Positions 1 to 14,150 of a DNA stretch of 64,000 bases are shown here, piece by piece. Source of the stretch: Haliotis rubra (taxonomy: Eukaryota); NCBI RefSeq assembly GCF_003918875.1, contig NW_025767192.1:248001-312000 (forward strand). The letters run 5' to 3'. The notes below the pieces were generated by a model. It searched no databases and was not told where the DNA came from. It worked only from the letters and a program-made list of their open reading frames with translations. Each line of letters starts with the position of its first letter. Position 1 is the first letter of the stretch. The translations under genes and the position numbers were made by a program.

Positions 1-470
1 TATTAACTCACCAGAGTCTTGACATTTACAGTGAGAGCAGATATACTGATTGAAAGTTGTTTTCAATGACAACAGTTGAATAGGCAAGCACGGTCAGTCT
101 TGAAATGTTGAGCAAACTCGACGATGGCAGACAGATGTATATAACTCCAGTGATGTGATAAGTCCTGTCGCACAACTCAACAACAAGCCTTTATATAACT
201 CTTACACAGTTCTCAAGCATTCTAGCAAGCTAGGCTCCCTCATTATTCTCTTAGAACATAAGGCGATTTTCTCGAACATACGACCGGAAGTCAAAACAAA
301 ATAAAGCCAACCAAGGGAGGCAACTCTGAAGCACTATCAAAAAGGCGTGCCGCTGCAAATACTATTGCCATTGAACACATATGATGCGAGATGCGAGCCA
401 AAACCCACACTCGAAACTTTAAACATTGTGACACATAATAATTATCACTCAATCAATCATATTCATAATC
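1..470 (-). mobile_element. Partial copy of a probable solo LTR (same family as 31218-35399), cut by the window start
   Basis: 1-235 is the reverse complement of ~34935-35205, and 285-460 is the reverse complement of ~31300-31475 (e.g. CCAAGGGAGGCAACTCTGAAG). Confidence 0.7.
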
Positions 471-829
471 ATATGTCCATGAACACTTTAAAGGGATTGA
501 GGCACATGCACCAGTTTGTGTTCCAATATTCCCATTCCACATGTCTTCCTTCACATTACCATCCAATCACATCAAGTACTTAGACAGTTTCTGTCGAATC
601 AGAAAGTACAGTTGTGCTATCATGAAACCATTCGGCAGTTATCGATACTACCGGTTGGCCAAACTGATCATGCATGTAAATACATGTGTGCGAAACCACT
701 ACCACTTTATCATTGCATTATCCCAACTCAAAAATACCCCCACCGGAATATTGATGATATCCTCTGAAATATCATCGGCATCATCTCATTATAATGTTAC
801 TATCATCAAACATAAATTGACAAAAGCGG

Positions 830-1850
830 ATTTATGAAGCTCTAGGCTATTAAATACTGGTTATCATTACAATATAACCTTTTGGGAAACGGAACCACGG
901 ACGTCATAGCTGCGTATGTTACCATAAAACCTTCCAATTCAGACAGGAGACAAAGTTTATGACAAAGGTCATCCAGAAGGCTGACCCTAATTTTCATCCA
1001 AGATGTGTTTTCCCATTTTGACTGATGCAACAGCTCAGTCGTGCTGGCTGGAGCAGGAGGCAATTTTCATCCAGTTACCTCATACTTTAGCATACTTATT
1101 TCATCCTCGGTGTATCTCTGTCGACTGATGCGACCCAAGTGCCTCATGGAACAGATAACCAATATCGTTTCCTTTTCGCAATGACTCCATAGCTAGTTTA
1201 ACGTCTCCCCAGGACCATCATCCCCGCGAATCGGTGGTGGAGGCAACATCAAGTACAAAATACGAAACCTCGTGTGCCGAAAGTTTCCTTAAAGAGTTTC
1301 ATCAAAACGGCATTCTGTTGGGCGGTGGGGTAGCCTAGTGGTTACAGCGTTCGCTCGTCACGCCGAAGACTCGGGTTCGATTCCTCACATGGGTACAATT
1401 TGTGAAGCCCATTTCAGATGTCACCCGCCGTGATATTGCTGGAATATTGCTACAAGCGGCGTAAACCTAAATTCAGCCAGCCAGCCAGCATTCTGTTAAT
1501 GACCGTGCGTGCACCATGAAAGAAACGCAATGTTCCTTCCTTAGATTTTATCAAACGGATCGTTTTTTATACACAAGGTTTAAGAGTGGTGTGGGTTCTT
1601 GACATTTTTGGTGCGAGGATTCCCAATTAAGTAAACGCATGAAAGGTTCAATGGGCCATCGATAATGCTGGTGTAAATCTCCAACAAGACAGTTGAGTCA
1701 CGACTTACAGGGAAGAGGTTCCGTGAAAGGTTGAAGCTGCATACTAATCGCACGGTACACTGTTATGTGTTTAGAGAAAAAGCGGATGGTATTTGGCACA
1801 ATTGAATCCCTTTTCATTTCATGCTGGAAATGCACAAAATAAGTCTTGTG
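830..1850. repeat. Family I duplication unit, copy a (block C only)
   Basis: Colinear similarity to 11760-12630 and 20230-21100 (shared CAGACAGGAG.CAAAGTTTATGAC and GCTGGTGTAAATCTCC). Confidence 0.85.
1320..1487 (+). mobile_element. tRNA-derived SINE, family A
   Basis: A box GTAGCCTAGTGG, B box GGTTCGATTCC, short-repeat tail, 10-bp TSD GCATTCTGTT (1310-1319 and 1488-1497). Confidence 0.9.
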
Positions 1851-1914
1851 CTTTTGTAAGGGAGAGGGTTATGGTGAATTTAAAAACAACCAAACATGTT
1901 TACACACTAGTCTA

Positions 1915-2290
1915 ACAAAGGTTTATACCTTTGAAATTGTATGAATTCCGTAAGCAGCCTGACCAGACTCAGTGACTTCGTTAATTGTCTGGACCTTTCT
2001 TCACAAAACACCCTATACAAGACTGTATGATAGGAAGTATGATGTGTTTCTCATTGTCCACTTTCCAATTACCTCTAGCAATATTCCATCAGTTCTACTC
2101 TTTGCCCTATACATGTTTTCATGTTTGAGGTAAAACGACTATGCTCTTTCCGCAATGATTTGAAGGCTAGTCATGCGACTCGATTCAGATGTTGTTATAG
2201 TTAAGCCGTAAGTAAAGCTTTCAAATAATGATTTGGTAGATATGTGATGAAGTAGGCGAATAGAATGAGTGACGACAAAATATTGATAAG
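1915..2290 (+). mobile_element. Degenerate Penelope-like element RT C-terminal fragment
   Basis: Translates TRLYDRKYDVFLIVHFPITSSNIPS, resembling the PLE motif KLYDKRDDFxFxIVNFPxLSSNIP. Confidence 0.55.
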
Positions 2291-2553
2291 AAACTTTTCA
2301 TATAGAGACGTTTTAGTTCTTCTGGCAATCGTGATATAAAACGCTTCGCGTGTATGACGTCATGTACCTTGGTGTCAAATACGAATGTACTTTGTAGTTT
2401 AAGCCTTGATTCGCTATGAAGAGTTGTCTCCCTTGCTTACGCCCGAATTTTGCCCAAATTATGCCGACACAGAGTAAACGATTGGACAATTTAAGAGTTG
2501 TTTCAAGGCCAAATCACTCATTCTCTGATAGCATTAACCAAACACGCATTATA

Positions 2554-3801
2554 TACTCAGCAGCAAAAAAACGTCAGTACGAATTCATAATTAGATAGGC
2601 ACTGCAATCAAATCATTACAGAAATTCAGAAATTGACATAATAAGCGGATCAAAAACATTTTTTGTGCACAATATCTTGACATATCAATGACTAACTAAC
2701 AGAATTTCAAGACATTACGCCAACGTTTGCAGTCCATTCAGACTCTTTTCTTCAGTATCTAGTGTGACCACCAGGAGCGGCAATTACTGCAGCACAGCGT
2801 CTACGCATGGAGTGCACCAATCGATTGATGAAGGCCATTGGCACCTGGAACCACACTCCAGAAAGGCCTGGCGCAATAAATCGGCTGTGTTGGAAGTCCC
2901 GTGTAGCTCTGGCAGTATGGGCCCGGGCGTTATCATGCTGGAAAATGTTGTTCCGGTGACGTGCGAAATGTGGTATGACGTGGGGACTGAGAGATTGGTC
3001 GATGTAGCGCACCGCTGTGATGGCGCCTCCTCTCACTGAACCAAGGTTCTAGAACAACACAGGACCCACTCTCTGGTTCAGGCCTATTCCACCCCATACC
3101 GTGATGCTTGCACCTCCCCATGAGTCTCTTACCATAACACATTGGTCTGAGTAACGCTGGCCACGTTGTGGCCATATTCTTGTTCTTCCATCTGCAGTTG
3201 ATACGCAGTACCGACTCTCATCTGTGAACAGAACAGTTGTCCATTGCCTGTATCGCCAATTTTGGTGTTGTAGGGCAAACTGTAGACGTTCACGCCGATG
3301 ACGAGGGGTGAGGATAGGTCACGGTAAGGTCTACGGCAATGGAGGTTCACGCTGTTAAGACGTTGGCGTACTGTATCAGTACTGATTGGTCTTGTGGTCA
3401 CCCTTGGTCTGCAGGTACGGGGGCGATCATTGGTGGTGTTGGTGGCCCGGAAACGTTGCTGCAGCCTATAGATGGTCCGAACGTTGACCTGGAAGTGATT
3501 GGCAACGGCTTGTGCAGTGTTGCCAGCTTCAAGTCTTCCTAGCGCCTGGTTCCTCTGAGCTGTCGTGAGTCGCGACAGCCTGCTGACGTTGTAATGTGAA
3601 TGTTTCACCGAGATAAGGTCAATCTCCGGGATCAGGTTGCGATTTTGAGACCATTTCCTGGATTCCATTGAGAAGGAATGTCTTTGCTCAGGTAAAGTTG
3701 GAGATGTTGTCAAAAATATACAATCAAAACATTAAATGAGTTTACAGTTGTCCGTTTCTACGAAGAAGAATACCAAATGAGGTATCTTTTGCTGCTTAGT
3801 A
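2554..3801 (-). mobile_element. Tc1/mariner transposon with decayed, internally deleted transposase (~3590-2752)
   Basis: TIRs TACT(C/A)AGCAGCAAAA with TA flanks. Motifs: HTH QRNQALGRLEAG, FTDESRY, VWGGIG, FQHDNARAHTA and C-terminal SMRRRCAAVIAAPGGHTRY. The SPDLNPIE region is missing. Confidence 0.9.
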
Positions 3802-3829
3802 TACATACTAGCTATTTAAAAAAAAGGCC

Positions 3830-4380
3830 GGAACGCTATTGTCAAGCAGTAGTTTTCTACCAATACGCCATTCACTCTTTTAATGTTGACAAAACTATTC
3901 TTTCAAAGTTTTATCGTAGTTTTATTCAAAGTGTCTTAACCTTCTCAATCCAGTGCTGGTGCGGATCCCTGTCAGTTCAGAACTAGAACAAACTCAACAA
4001 AATCGTCAAATTAAGCAGTAAAATCGCAAATGTGGATTTCGACCCTTCGGTTAAGGTGTATGAGAAAAGAGTTTTAAGTTTGGCAAATAGAATTTTACAT
4101 GACTCCTCACATTATAAACTTTTACCATCTGGCAGACGTTTCCAAATTCCAAAATTTAAATCAAATAGAGTCCTGAAATTGTTCATCCCGGCCAGCATCA
4201 GCTTTGATACAATAACTAATATTTGTACATACAGATCTTATCTTTACCTGGATATGTACATTGTTGTTGTTATATCAATCATAACTGTTCTACCTGCATA
4301 TTTTTAATCTGTGTCCAATAATTTATTTTACAGTCCATTTACCTGTGAGAAACGCTCTTTTATTTATCTTATTTATCCTG
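3830..4380 (+). mobile_element. Rex1/Babar-like LINE 3' fragment
   Basis: FNVDKTILSKFYRSFIQSVLTFSIQCWCG and ILHDSSH..LLPSGRRF..FIPASI are typical of the C-terminus of this clade. Confidence 0.75.
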
Positions 4381-5084
4381 TATTCATATGTGTGCTCTGT
4401 GATGATGTACAGCATGTTCCCATTCTGGGTAATACATCTTTTTCTTCTTTTTTTCTACTTCTCCTTGTTCTCCTTCATCGAATGGTACATACACAGATAC
4501 AGCTTGAGGAATTTCGCACCAACGCACATCAACAATTCTTACATACCAAGACGCTTTTTGTGTAATGGATGTTTAAGTACCATACTGCTTTGAACAACTC
4601 ATCATTGTAGAAGTAGCTCCTGGTATTCAGCCCTTTCGTACTCCGAGATTTTTCACTGGCGTCCGAGTCCTTAGTGAACGTGTCAGGCAGGGCGTCTATT
4701 GAAGTCTGTTTTAAGCTTCGGAGACGATAGAAGCAGTGAAACCCGAAGAAATGTCGATTGCATTTTATGCTGACTGTTCAGCCTAATAGAAATCACATAA
4801 GGTTGAATACTTTCTTTACATTGCAAAACTGAATCTTGATGAGACTGGTTGAGTCGATCCATGCTTTACCTTTCAGAGGATCAGGCTGACTTACCTTTAC
4901 ATGCATCAACGAGGCTTCCCCAGAGTCGCCGCGATTCTACATTTGTACGGTATGTGGAGCGTCAGGATTTTTGTAATGTGTCTCTAATGCCATGTCCATG
5001 GACAAAAAAACAAGTTATATGTCGCGAGTCTGGGCCCATTTACAGGAGGAGTTGCAGTTGTAGCTATTTCTAATTTTGATGCCA

Positions 5085-6350
5085 ATTTCAATTCAATTCT
5101 TTATTCTCATAAATCACATTGGTGGTACAAGAGCATATATCATAAACATTGTACAAATACAAATTCAAATTCAAAATAGCGGACAAACAGTAGAAGACAA
5201 CATATTACTACCTTTTTTGGCTGACAAGAGATGATAGATGTACAATATATTTTGATAAATTTACTACCTCTCGAGATTGTGGTTGCATGTTCTAAATCTC
5301 AATAATAGAAATATGCATCAGAATTAGGAAATGACTTCAGTGTGTGGTAATAAATTCCCTTGGGATTAGAAATAATGTCATTTTGCCAGTTTTTGATAAA
5401 TTGATCTTTAACAATATGTTCAACTTTTGAGACCAGCCACTGAGTTGTACAACATTTTAATTGAGGCATTTAAGTTATGAATTATCATAAGTTAAGTTGG
5501 TTAGCTTAAACCACCTTGATGGTAAGTTAACTTGTGTCAAAAGTTTATCAATCGTTTATATATCAATATATCAAAATTCTAATAGGGAATCTTCCTTGTT
5601 CTCCATATATCATAAATCGAGGGGTTGAGCTGTGGTCGAGCTGGCTAAGGCGCAAGGCTACTGATCCAGCGAGCTTGAGGTGACGGGATCGAGCCCACCT
5701 GTGACCGGTTGTAAAAACCTTGGAGTCAACTTTGTGTGCAGACTCTTTCCGTGTTGTCACAGCACGTTGTGTGCAGTACACAACCCCGTGCACTTAAAAG
5801 AACCCACGAATCCGTTGGTATATGACCAGATGGTGGCCACAGGAATACGTGCAAACACCTAGTTGCGGGTACAGCAACGTGCAGTGAAGTTGGACAAAGT
5901 TCTGTGACTATGTGAATGGGTACCTCGTTAGATGAGAAAGCCACAATAACTCTTTGCGCCTAGTGGCAGCAAGAGTTGCATACTCCCCAGGAAGTTGAGA
6001 TTGATAATACGATGTGCCGTTGAGATTGACATCCAGTGATGGAGGGAAAAAAACACCAGCGCCTTGAGCATGCACTAGTTGCGTGGATATGTTCGCTATA
6101 TAAATATCCTATTATTTCTAAATCCTGTAATGAGTCTTAGCAATTTTAAATGAATTTTCTCAAGAATTTCACCACCAGACTTCTGCACCGAAGCTCAAAA
6201 TAGCTATTCCCATTCAAGATCAATCTAAAAGTTTATTCGCATTAACTATTTAATTTGTCAGGTGTCCTTTGTTATTTTATTAGCTACTTTAAATATATCT
6301 TCTTGGGCTATGTAAAGTTTATTCACCCTGGCTTCTTAACATAACACGTT
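5085..6350 (-). mobile_element. Old LINE 3' fragment split by a SINE
   Basis: Minus-strand peptides ILSFGAEVW and MIYGEQGRFPI match the post-RT motifs PILxYGxEVWG and MVYGELGRxP. AATAAA and a (TTGAA)n tail lie at ~5085-5110. Confidence 0.65.
5620..6117 (+). mobile_element. Long tRNA-derived SINE with CORE-like segment and L2-type tail
   Basis: A/B-box-like head (TGGTCGAGCTGG, GGATCGAGCCC), central GTGAATGGGTACC...CTCCCCAGGAAGTTGAG, and tail GCGCCTTGAGCATGC...CGCTATATAAAT..TATTATT like the L2 end at 50130-50190. Confidence 0.8.
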
Positions 6351-9300
6351 TGCTGAAAAATAGAATCTTGGTGTATGTAGTAGATGATGTAACGTAATGT
6401 AATGTAGACAATGTACAAGCATCGTCGCTAAACATACAGACAAACATACAATAAAGTATGGTTATAACAAAATGAAAGGGATGACTAATTTTAGTTGTCA
6501 TAACGGTAGGAAGTTGTACACATTTTGACTAAACTGTTTAGCAAATGGATGTGACCAGAACAACAGTTCGTCATATACATCAGTTCGCTATAAGTGTGCT
6601 CTTATGAACGTAGTATTCTGTACATCCTAATTTGAAGATCTATCTTCTGTATATAGCACGTTAATTTGGAAAACCTCATTTTGGGCCATGTACATAGAAA
6701 GGGTTTTTTGCTTGGTCTCCACCAGATCGAAAATAACAACATTCAAACCATCTGCAGGAAGGGTAATATAAACTAAGTCTCCCTGTCACATCATGTAGCA
6801 TGTGGGATATGAGATGACATTTTACAGCCAATGGTTCACTCGATGTTGATGGTCAAAGGCTCCACAAGGATAGGGCTTACGGGCATGGGTAAAAAAATAA
6901 ATTTTACAGAGCAATGTACAAGCTGAAATGACATGAATAAATTGAAGAGGCAATGCGTAGGAACCTGAATTCCTAAACTTGAATTGATATACCGTTATGT
7001 CAAATCCAGGTCTTTTTTCACATCCTGAATGAGGAGGTTGACGTTTCTTTCACTTCTGTGATTATCATCGTTGGCGAATTTGGAAACAAAATCATTTTGA
7101 AACTCGGCACGGAAACAATAGTAAACAAAACTGGGGAACAGATAATAGATTGTCATCGCTGTCACTGGGCAAAATCCCCCGTTATGCCATTCTACTTCAG
7201 AGTATTAAAGTTCCATAATTGCATGTATTGCCTCAGAAGGTCATATACGCCATTCAGAGGCTCATGGAATAATCGATGTTATGAATAACGGAAAGATCAT
7301 ACAGGATACACGCCTCCTACGACAGGACATTTCATGCAAAATGAGACCAGACTCGTCAAGAAAAGCGTTTCTAGAAAGGGATATCAGCATTATAATCTTT
7401 AACAGCTTCCATTATTCATGAATATGTTAAATGACATATGTACTTGACGTAACTGTAGACATTGAATACTAATGTCCACTGTGTCATACCACTGTTCATC
7501 AGCGTGGTTCTGGAGAGATTCCATTCTTCGATTTTGCACTGTATAACACATAACATTTGATGTCTCCTCAGGCATGTGATTTTGTCCACAGTATGCGTCT
7601 GTTCATACAGAAGTGAAAGGGTAACCCTTTGGTTGAATGGATGAATGGTAAATACCCTGGCACCTCAAGGATAGCTTGCTTTTTTAGGAATTCAGAATCA
7701 CTCAGTTCAAAATATTGGGTAGCGACGCCAAACACATTGTCACGCAAGTCTGCACAGCCAATTAGACAACTGGGGTTCCCGTGCCCTGGCTGTACAGGAA
7801 ACACATAGCCCGAATGTCCTCGTGTGGTTGCATTTTAACCCACTCCACAACAATTTCTACATGATTAATTCTTTATCGTCTGAGAGGCTTTGTTCCTATC
7901 CAAACCCCAAACACATTAAAGTACCACATATTATCAGAGGTGTTACAATAGCCAGGGGTGCACAACGTGGTCTGTAGGTCATTTGTGACATCCAGGAACA
8001 AATTGCAAAACATCTTGTTCATATATAACCCAAATCATTTTTTCGAGTCATGGGTTAACTCCTAAAAAGGTTTGCATATCAAAGGTTGGACTATTATTCA
8101 TGTTCTTCAAAGTGCATGGATGGCAAAGAAAAAGTATCAATTTGACAATGTCACATTATGCTGACAGTTACTTTTGTGGGGAGGTCCCCTTAGCTACTTG
8201 CCTCCTCAGCGACTTGGCAAGGAATCATTTCAACAGACAATGCATTTCTTGTGGTACCCATTGGTTTTTACTCCCTTTGGGCACTTTCAAATGACAGATG
8301 TTCAGATGTTCACTCCATAATTTCCCTCGAAATTACTATCAAATCACATCAAGTTTTTACGGATTGTGTTGCGTCAGAACGTGAATTTTGTCTGAAGAGT
8401 TTTGTTGCCGTGTTAGACTTCATGGATCAAACTAGATAAATTACAAATGGTTTTGTGATGCTGTCTTGAAATCATTCGGCAGTCCGGTTAGACATCATGG
8501 ATGTTAACATGAAGATGCTGTAATTACCTGGATGCGAATCACTGTAACATGCCATAATTGTAACATGCCTGAAAAAACAACATTGGCATGGCAGAAAAAT
8601 GAAGAATCTAGAATTATGTTTTTATCAGAAAACATGTTTCTCAAAACATCCCTAATACATCTGGAATCAGCACTAGTTATTCACGAATCACAGTGGAACG
8701 ACAACTTCATATGCATGACATAATGTGTTTCAAAAATGCTAAATCCGACAAATGTTAGCAAGATATTTCAGTTCTTAGAATCCTCTTACAAAACCCTTTT
8801 TACATTGAATCACGACACACAATATCGTTTATAACGTTAACTACATTTGTGTCTGTTACCTGTAGTGTTTGTCGTTTAAACGGCAGAGCTTTTTGCGCCC
8901 CTTGGACACACCAGAAACCTTTGACCAAAGTACCCAGATTTTGTTCTAGGTTTTACAAATGCGAAAACGTCTGAGACATGCATCATATCGGATTGTCACC
9001 CCCATTTAGCTGACAGGTAGTAACAAATCGGGCTTCTCTTGAAAGTAATGTTAAACCAAACACACACACACTTTGGTAGCATTTACCAATATATATATTC
9101 CTGTGTAACATTACAATCGGAGATACTGCTATCAACAGACTGCTTCTAGATCTCTATATACAAATACGCAGTCTGACCAAATCTCACATCGCCACCAATA
9201 AATTCACATGCCATTTTCTTTTGTATTATGGATCTTTGATCTACATAAATGTACAACTGTCAATTGTAATGATCAATCTCATTATATTTAAGTACTTCCT

Positions 9301-9764
9301 CACGTTATACCCTTTCGTACCTAAGGCGACAAAGCATTTCACTTTACCATAGAGTCTTGAGTTCACACAGGATATCTTTTAAAATCTATTTTAGGCTGCA
9401 GAAAAGTCAGACGCAGTGAAACCCCGCAGCTATGTCGATTGCATATTATGTTGATAGTTCTGCCTAATGGAAGAGCCATACTGAAGAATCCTTGAATTAC
9501 GTCATGATAATGAATTGTCGATAGAACTCGTTAAGTGGATTCATACTTTACCTTTCTAATGATATGGCTGACTTCCCTTTTTCACGCATCGTCTTTGCTT
9601 CCCCGGGGTCAGTGCAGTATTATATATCAATGAGACATGGATCGGAAGAATTTTTCTAACTATGACCCTATAATGACACGACAGTCCTTTGTTCTCTGAT
9701 GCAGTGCTGCTTATCTCTATTTACACAGTTGCAGTTGTGGCATTTTCACCCTGACTATCTTGTT

Positions 9765-9990
9765 TCAATCAATCAATCTCTTTATACTGAAGAGGTCACA
9801 GGCTTATAGTACATACACATATATGATCGGGAAATACATAAATAAATATTTTTGCATTACAGTGATAAAACATTTGTTTTATACAACATTGGGTCGTGAA
9901 TTAACATGGCGAGATTTTGTAATATATTTTGATTTTTACAGCTTATAAGAGTAGAGAATTTTAGAATACTTGGATGGAATTCTTAAAGTA
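9765..9990 (-). mobile_element. Short LINE 3' end
   Basis: HPSILKFSTLISCKNQNILQNLAMLIH resembles a LINE ORF2 C-terminus; (TTGA)n tail. Confidence 0.55.
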
Positions 9991-12634
9991 ATTCTTCGGC
10001 GATTTTAGGGCTTTAATCGTTATTCCTGCTCAACAACTTCATTCCATCCGAGGAGTCCGCTATGATTTATGCAATACCCCCTATTTGTCTCATCCTAGTA
10101 TTATACTCGCTATTTAGGGCTATGCAAGTATATTCGCTACACCTTCTGGATATATCATGTTAAATTGATTGAATTATGGAATCTGAGTTTTATGTAATTG
10201 CCAATTCAAAGATGTCACCTCAAACAGAGTAAAGATTCTTTTCTTAAACACATTGTGGACCTAACATCTTTCAAGATGTAGATTAACTAGATATTATATT
10301 CTAAGTATAACATAGTAACTTGAATGATATCAGCTTGGTATATGTAAATGGATAATTTACTGCAGTTTATAAGTTCTAATTGGGTTTCCATATACTCGCT
10401 CTGTCGCGCTACAGGTGATTGTTTGAACTCCACCAGATCCATAAAAGCAGCCTCAAAAGAATCTGAAGATGTTGGTAATATGAACTGATTCTGCCTGTCA
10501 TATAATATAATCGATTAAATAAGTGATGACTTTGATGCTATTTACACCCAACAGTTCCCTTGATGTTGATGGCATGGTCAAAGGCTTGGAAATGTTGCTC
10601 TGAATGGAATTGCGAACATTTGTAGATACGAAAAAGAACGAAAACATGTCACAGTGCAATCTGCAAGCTGATATGACAGGAATATTTTGGAGAGACAACG
10701 AGTAAAGGTCAGGTGATTTCCTGAAATAGATTTGATGTACCATGGTGTCAACCTCAGGTCTCTTTCTCCATCCTGATTGAGGAGGCTCATGTAATTTCCT
10801 ACGTTTCTATGAATATCGCCGCTGACGGTTTCTGAGACACATTTGAAGAGAGTAAATACACAGTGGAAACAGAAAATAGTTGGGCAATATCACATTTGAT
10901 GCCAGTCTACACAAGAGTTCGATAATTGCATATATTGCATCGTAAGTTCATATACCCCTCCAAATTTCCCAGAAAAATTACCTGATAACGAGCATTCATT
11001 ATTGCTCAAAGCACGTAGTTCGAAGGAGACAGGTGGCTCATATTAACTAGCCGGTATGAACACGTTGACACCAAGATACAAATTCAATTCCTTTTCAATC
11101 TTTAAATCATAGAAAAGGTCATTCTGGAGTAATGTTCCTCTGTTAACATGTCATAAAAGTGCAAATGTGCCTCGATGAAAAAATACTGAAGTTTAATCCA
11201 TATCCTTAAATTGACATGGATGGCTCAGAGAAAGTATTGATTTGATAATGTCAAAATTTTACTCACATTTTTTTCTCTTTATCCACTTTCCAATACTACG
11301 ACTCAACGAAATAATTTTCACGGACAATATACTTAGAGATACACATTGGTTTTCACGTCTTTGGGCACTTTATGATGACGGACGCAGATGTTCCGGTGTT
11401 CGCTCCGCAAGTCCAGCTTTATGTGTTTTTCTTTACCATTTAATCAGCAAGTATTAACACGGATTGGGGATTTTTCTTAATAAGTTTTTTGCCGGTTTAG
11501 ATTCCATGAATCGCTAGGGATGCGAAATTGATCATGTATGTTGTTACCCAGACGCCACAACACCGTGATGCATTAGTTTATCATTGAATTAATTATGTTT
11601 GGCTCTTATTCAAAGACAATTACTGATCCCAGAATTATAAAGACAAACTGTCAAATCAAAAATGAGAATTAGAACTACAACATGCATGCAAACCCCCACC
11701 CCAAATGAACTGAAAACGGGAAAATTTTACGACATTGACATCAGTATCATGGTGAGGGCGTCAAACGAAAATGGACAGAAATTGATTTAAGAAATAACGA
11801 TTATTGTGAAGATATAACGTTTAGAAGAAATGGGGCCATGGACGTATTCGATGCATACTGCTGCCATAAACCCTCCCAATCCAGACAGGAGACAAAGTTT
11901 ATGACCAAGTCTAACCCCAAAGCTGATCCAAAATTTCAGACAAGATCTGTTTTATTATGTTCAATGTCTCAACAGTTCAGGCGAGCTGGCTTGAGCAGAG
12001 GATCATTTTCGTCCCGGTAAGCATATACTTAAGGATACTTTACAGCGTTCCCTGTAGATTAAGAGGAACCATGTGCCTTATGGAAGAGATAGCCAATATC
12101 GTTTTCGTTTACAATGACACCCTGGGAAGATTAAACATCTCTCCTGAGCAATCATCCCCACGAATCAGTGATAGAAGCAACATAAATTGCAAAATAGAAA
12201 AAAAAACTTGTCTATCATCAGTTGCCTCAAAGAGCGTCATTCTACTGGTATGCTGTCAATGGCCGTGCATTCACCATGAAATAGACCTAAAAGTCAACCC
12301 TGACATTTTATTGAAAAGGTCTTTCTTCATATAAAACTACCTTTAAGAACATCGATGATTCTTGATGTCCGGGTACAAGGATTCCCAGTTAAGTAAATGC
12401 TTGGGACATTAAATAGCCCTTCGATGGCGCTGGTGTAAATCTCCTACAAGACAGTTTAGTTACAATTCACAGAGAAGTGGTTTCGTGAAATGTTGAAACT
12501 GCGTACTAATCCAACAAAACACTCTTGTTCACGATTTGAAAAGAAGGAACATTGTATTTGTTGCTCGATAGAACCCTTTCCCTTTGATGTTGGGACGGCA
12601 TGATAAAAACACCTTAAAACGGGTGCCATGAAGA

Positions 12635-13273
12635 GTGTGAGAGTGAGTTGATATTTAGCGTCACATCGGCAATATTTCAGCCATAGCGTGACTAGAACAA
12701 TTTAATTTACATCAATATTAAAATCAATCAGAACATAAAAACCTGTCGCCGAAGGACAGTAAAAATACTAGAGTATCACAGATATTAATTTAAAACTAGT
12801 ACGCTGTCGTAAAATTAAATCACTATAGACAGTACAAAATAAATACGGGCTATAGATCACCAACAACTGAAGGTAGATCACCATACTAGGGTCCATGGGG
12901 ACCTACAGTACTTTTGCTACTTGATTGGATCCAAGCTGGATTTACACCATCCCTTCAGCCGCTGGCGATTGTGCTGAGTTTCATCCATCATTAAAAACAA
13001 CAAATATTCTACGATGAAAATTTTGGTAGAGCTTAATTAGGACAATAATTTTACGCTACTTCAACCCCCTTGAGAGTACAGCCACTAACAATCGCAGTTG
13101 CTAATTTACACGACCATGTTTAAAATACCAATTATCTATTTACAAAACATGTTCAAAATGTGTCTTATAATTCTATTTCCTTTAAACATTCAATTATTAA
13201 ATGATAATTAACATTTAAAAAAGATCCTTCACTGTTTTGACATTGAAGTATTTATCCCTTGTGATGGCAACAT
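12635..13273 (-). mobile_element. Nimb/I-clade-like LINE 3' end
   Basis: ITRDKYFNVKTVKDLF..LIIECLKEIEL C-terminus, long 3' UTR, ACTC-type tail, perfect 12-bp TSD GTGCCATGAAGA (12623-12634 and 13274-13285). Confidence 0.8.
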
Positions 13274-14150
13274 GTGCCATGAAGAATCATACAGAAAGGT
13301 GCAGTCTTTCACAAACATCAAACTGGAGAGGGTAGTTTAGTCGTACAGCTGGGCTGATATTGAGAAACATCCATCATCCTCTTTAACTGGTGAGAAGTAG
13401 TGGTGTTCCGATTAATTGAAATAATCGAAGATTGGTCGCAGTGACCAAACGACCAAGCAATCGATCACATTTTCTCATAATCGAACATAAACGATTTTTG
13501 AACTACTTTTTTAGTCTTTGAAATACTTGACAATGGAACATATCTTAGAAGTTGTCAGGGCCTGAAAAGGTGTTTAATTCTTAGAAAACTCACTTCACTA
13601 TCTGAAAAGCCATGACTGAATATTTATTGAAGACTCCAGAAAGTTTATGTTCATGATATATAAGTCATCACTTTAAAGTAGCAAGTTGCATCATGTTATA
13701 CATACCTGCAATAACAACCTGGATAGGAAAATCTGAAAAATGACGCTAACCAATTTTTTTCGATGATTGTTCGTTGGTAATGAGGCAATCATCAATTGTG
13801 AGATTTCAACCAATTCCCAACACTAATATATACAGAAGATAGCAGTAAGGACAAATAGAGGTTGTTGTTGGAAGAGGTGTTTTTAGTCCACATTTAATCA
13901 CTGGTATCGTAGGTGCACTCTTGAGGTTAAATGGGAGAGAGTTCCACAAATATTATATTTTCATTTCTGGCACACAAACAGACACGTACATGTACCCATC
14001 ATGCACCGACATGGCCATTTCCTGTATTAAGAAGCTCCATTCTTGATGTGATGCATGCAACAAGGAAGTACAACACACACAATAAAGTGCCTCTTCCTGG
14101 GCATCATTGTTGAAAGACCTCAATGATGTGTTAGGTTTCCTGACTTCCTG

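Larger units (their letters stand above)
4500..8550. repeat. Family I unit, copy b (blocks A 4500-5070, B 6600-7500, B2 8100-8550), interrupted by LINE and SINE
   Basis: Colinear similarity to 9180-11600 and 15850-20100 (GC.GTGAAACCC...ATGTCGATT; TTTGGGCACTTT). Confidence 0.8.
8700..13350. repeat. Family I unit, copy c (Z-A-B-B2-C, most compact copy)
   Basis: All blocks occur in the same order as in 15330-21170. Block C resumes after the LINE at 13286. Confidence 0.85.

Noticed and set aside
1320-1400. tRNA genes at A/B-box motifs
   Set aside because: They are SINE heads followed by SINE body, tail and TSD, with no complete cloverleaf or terminator.
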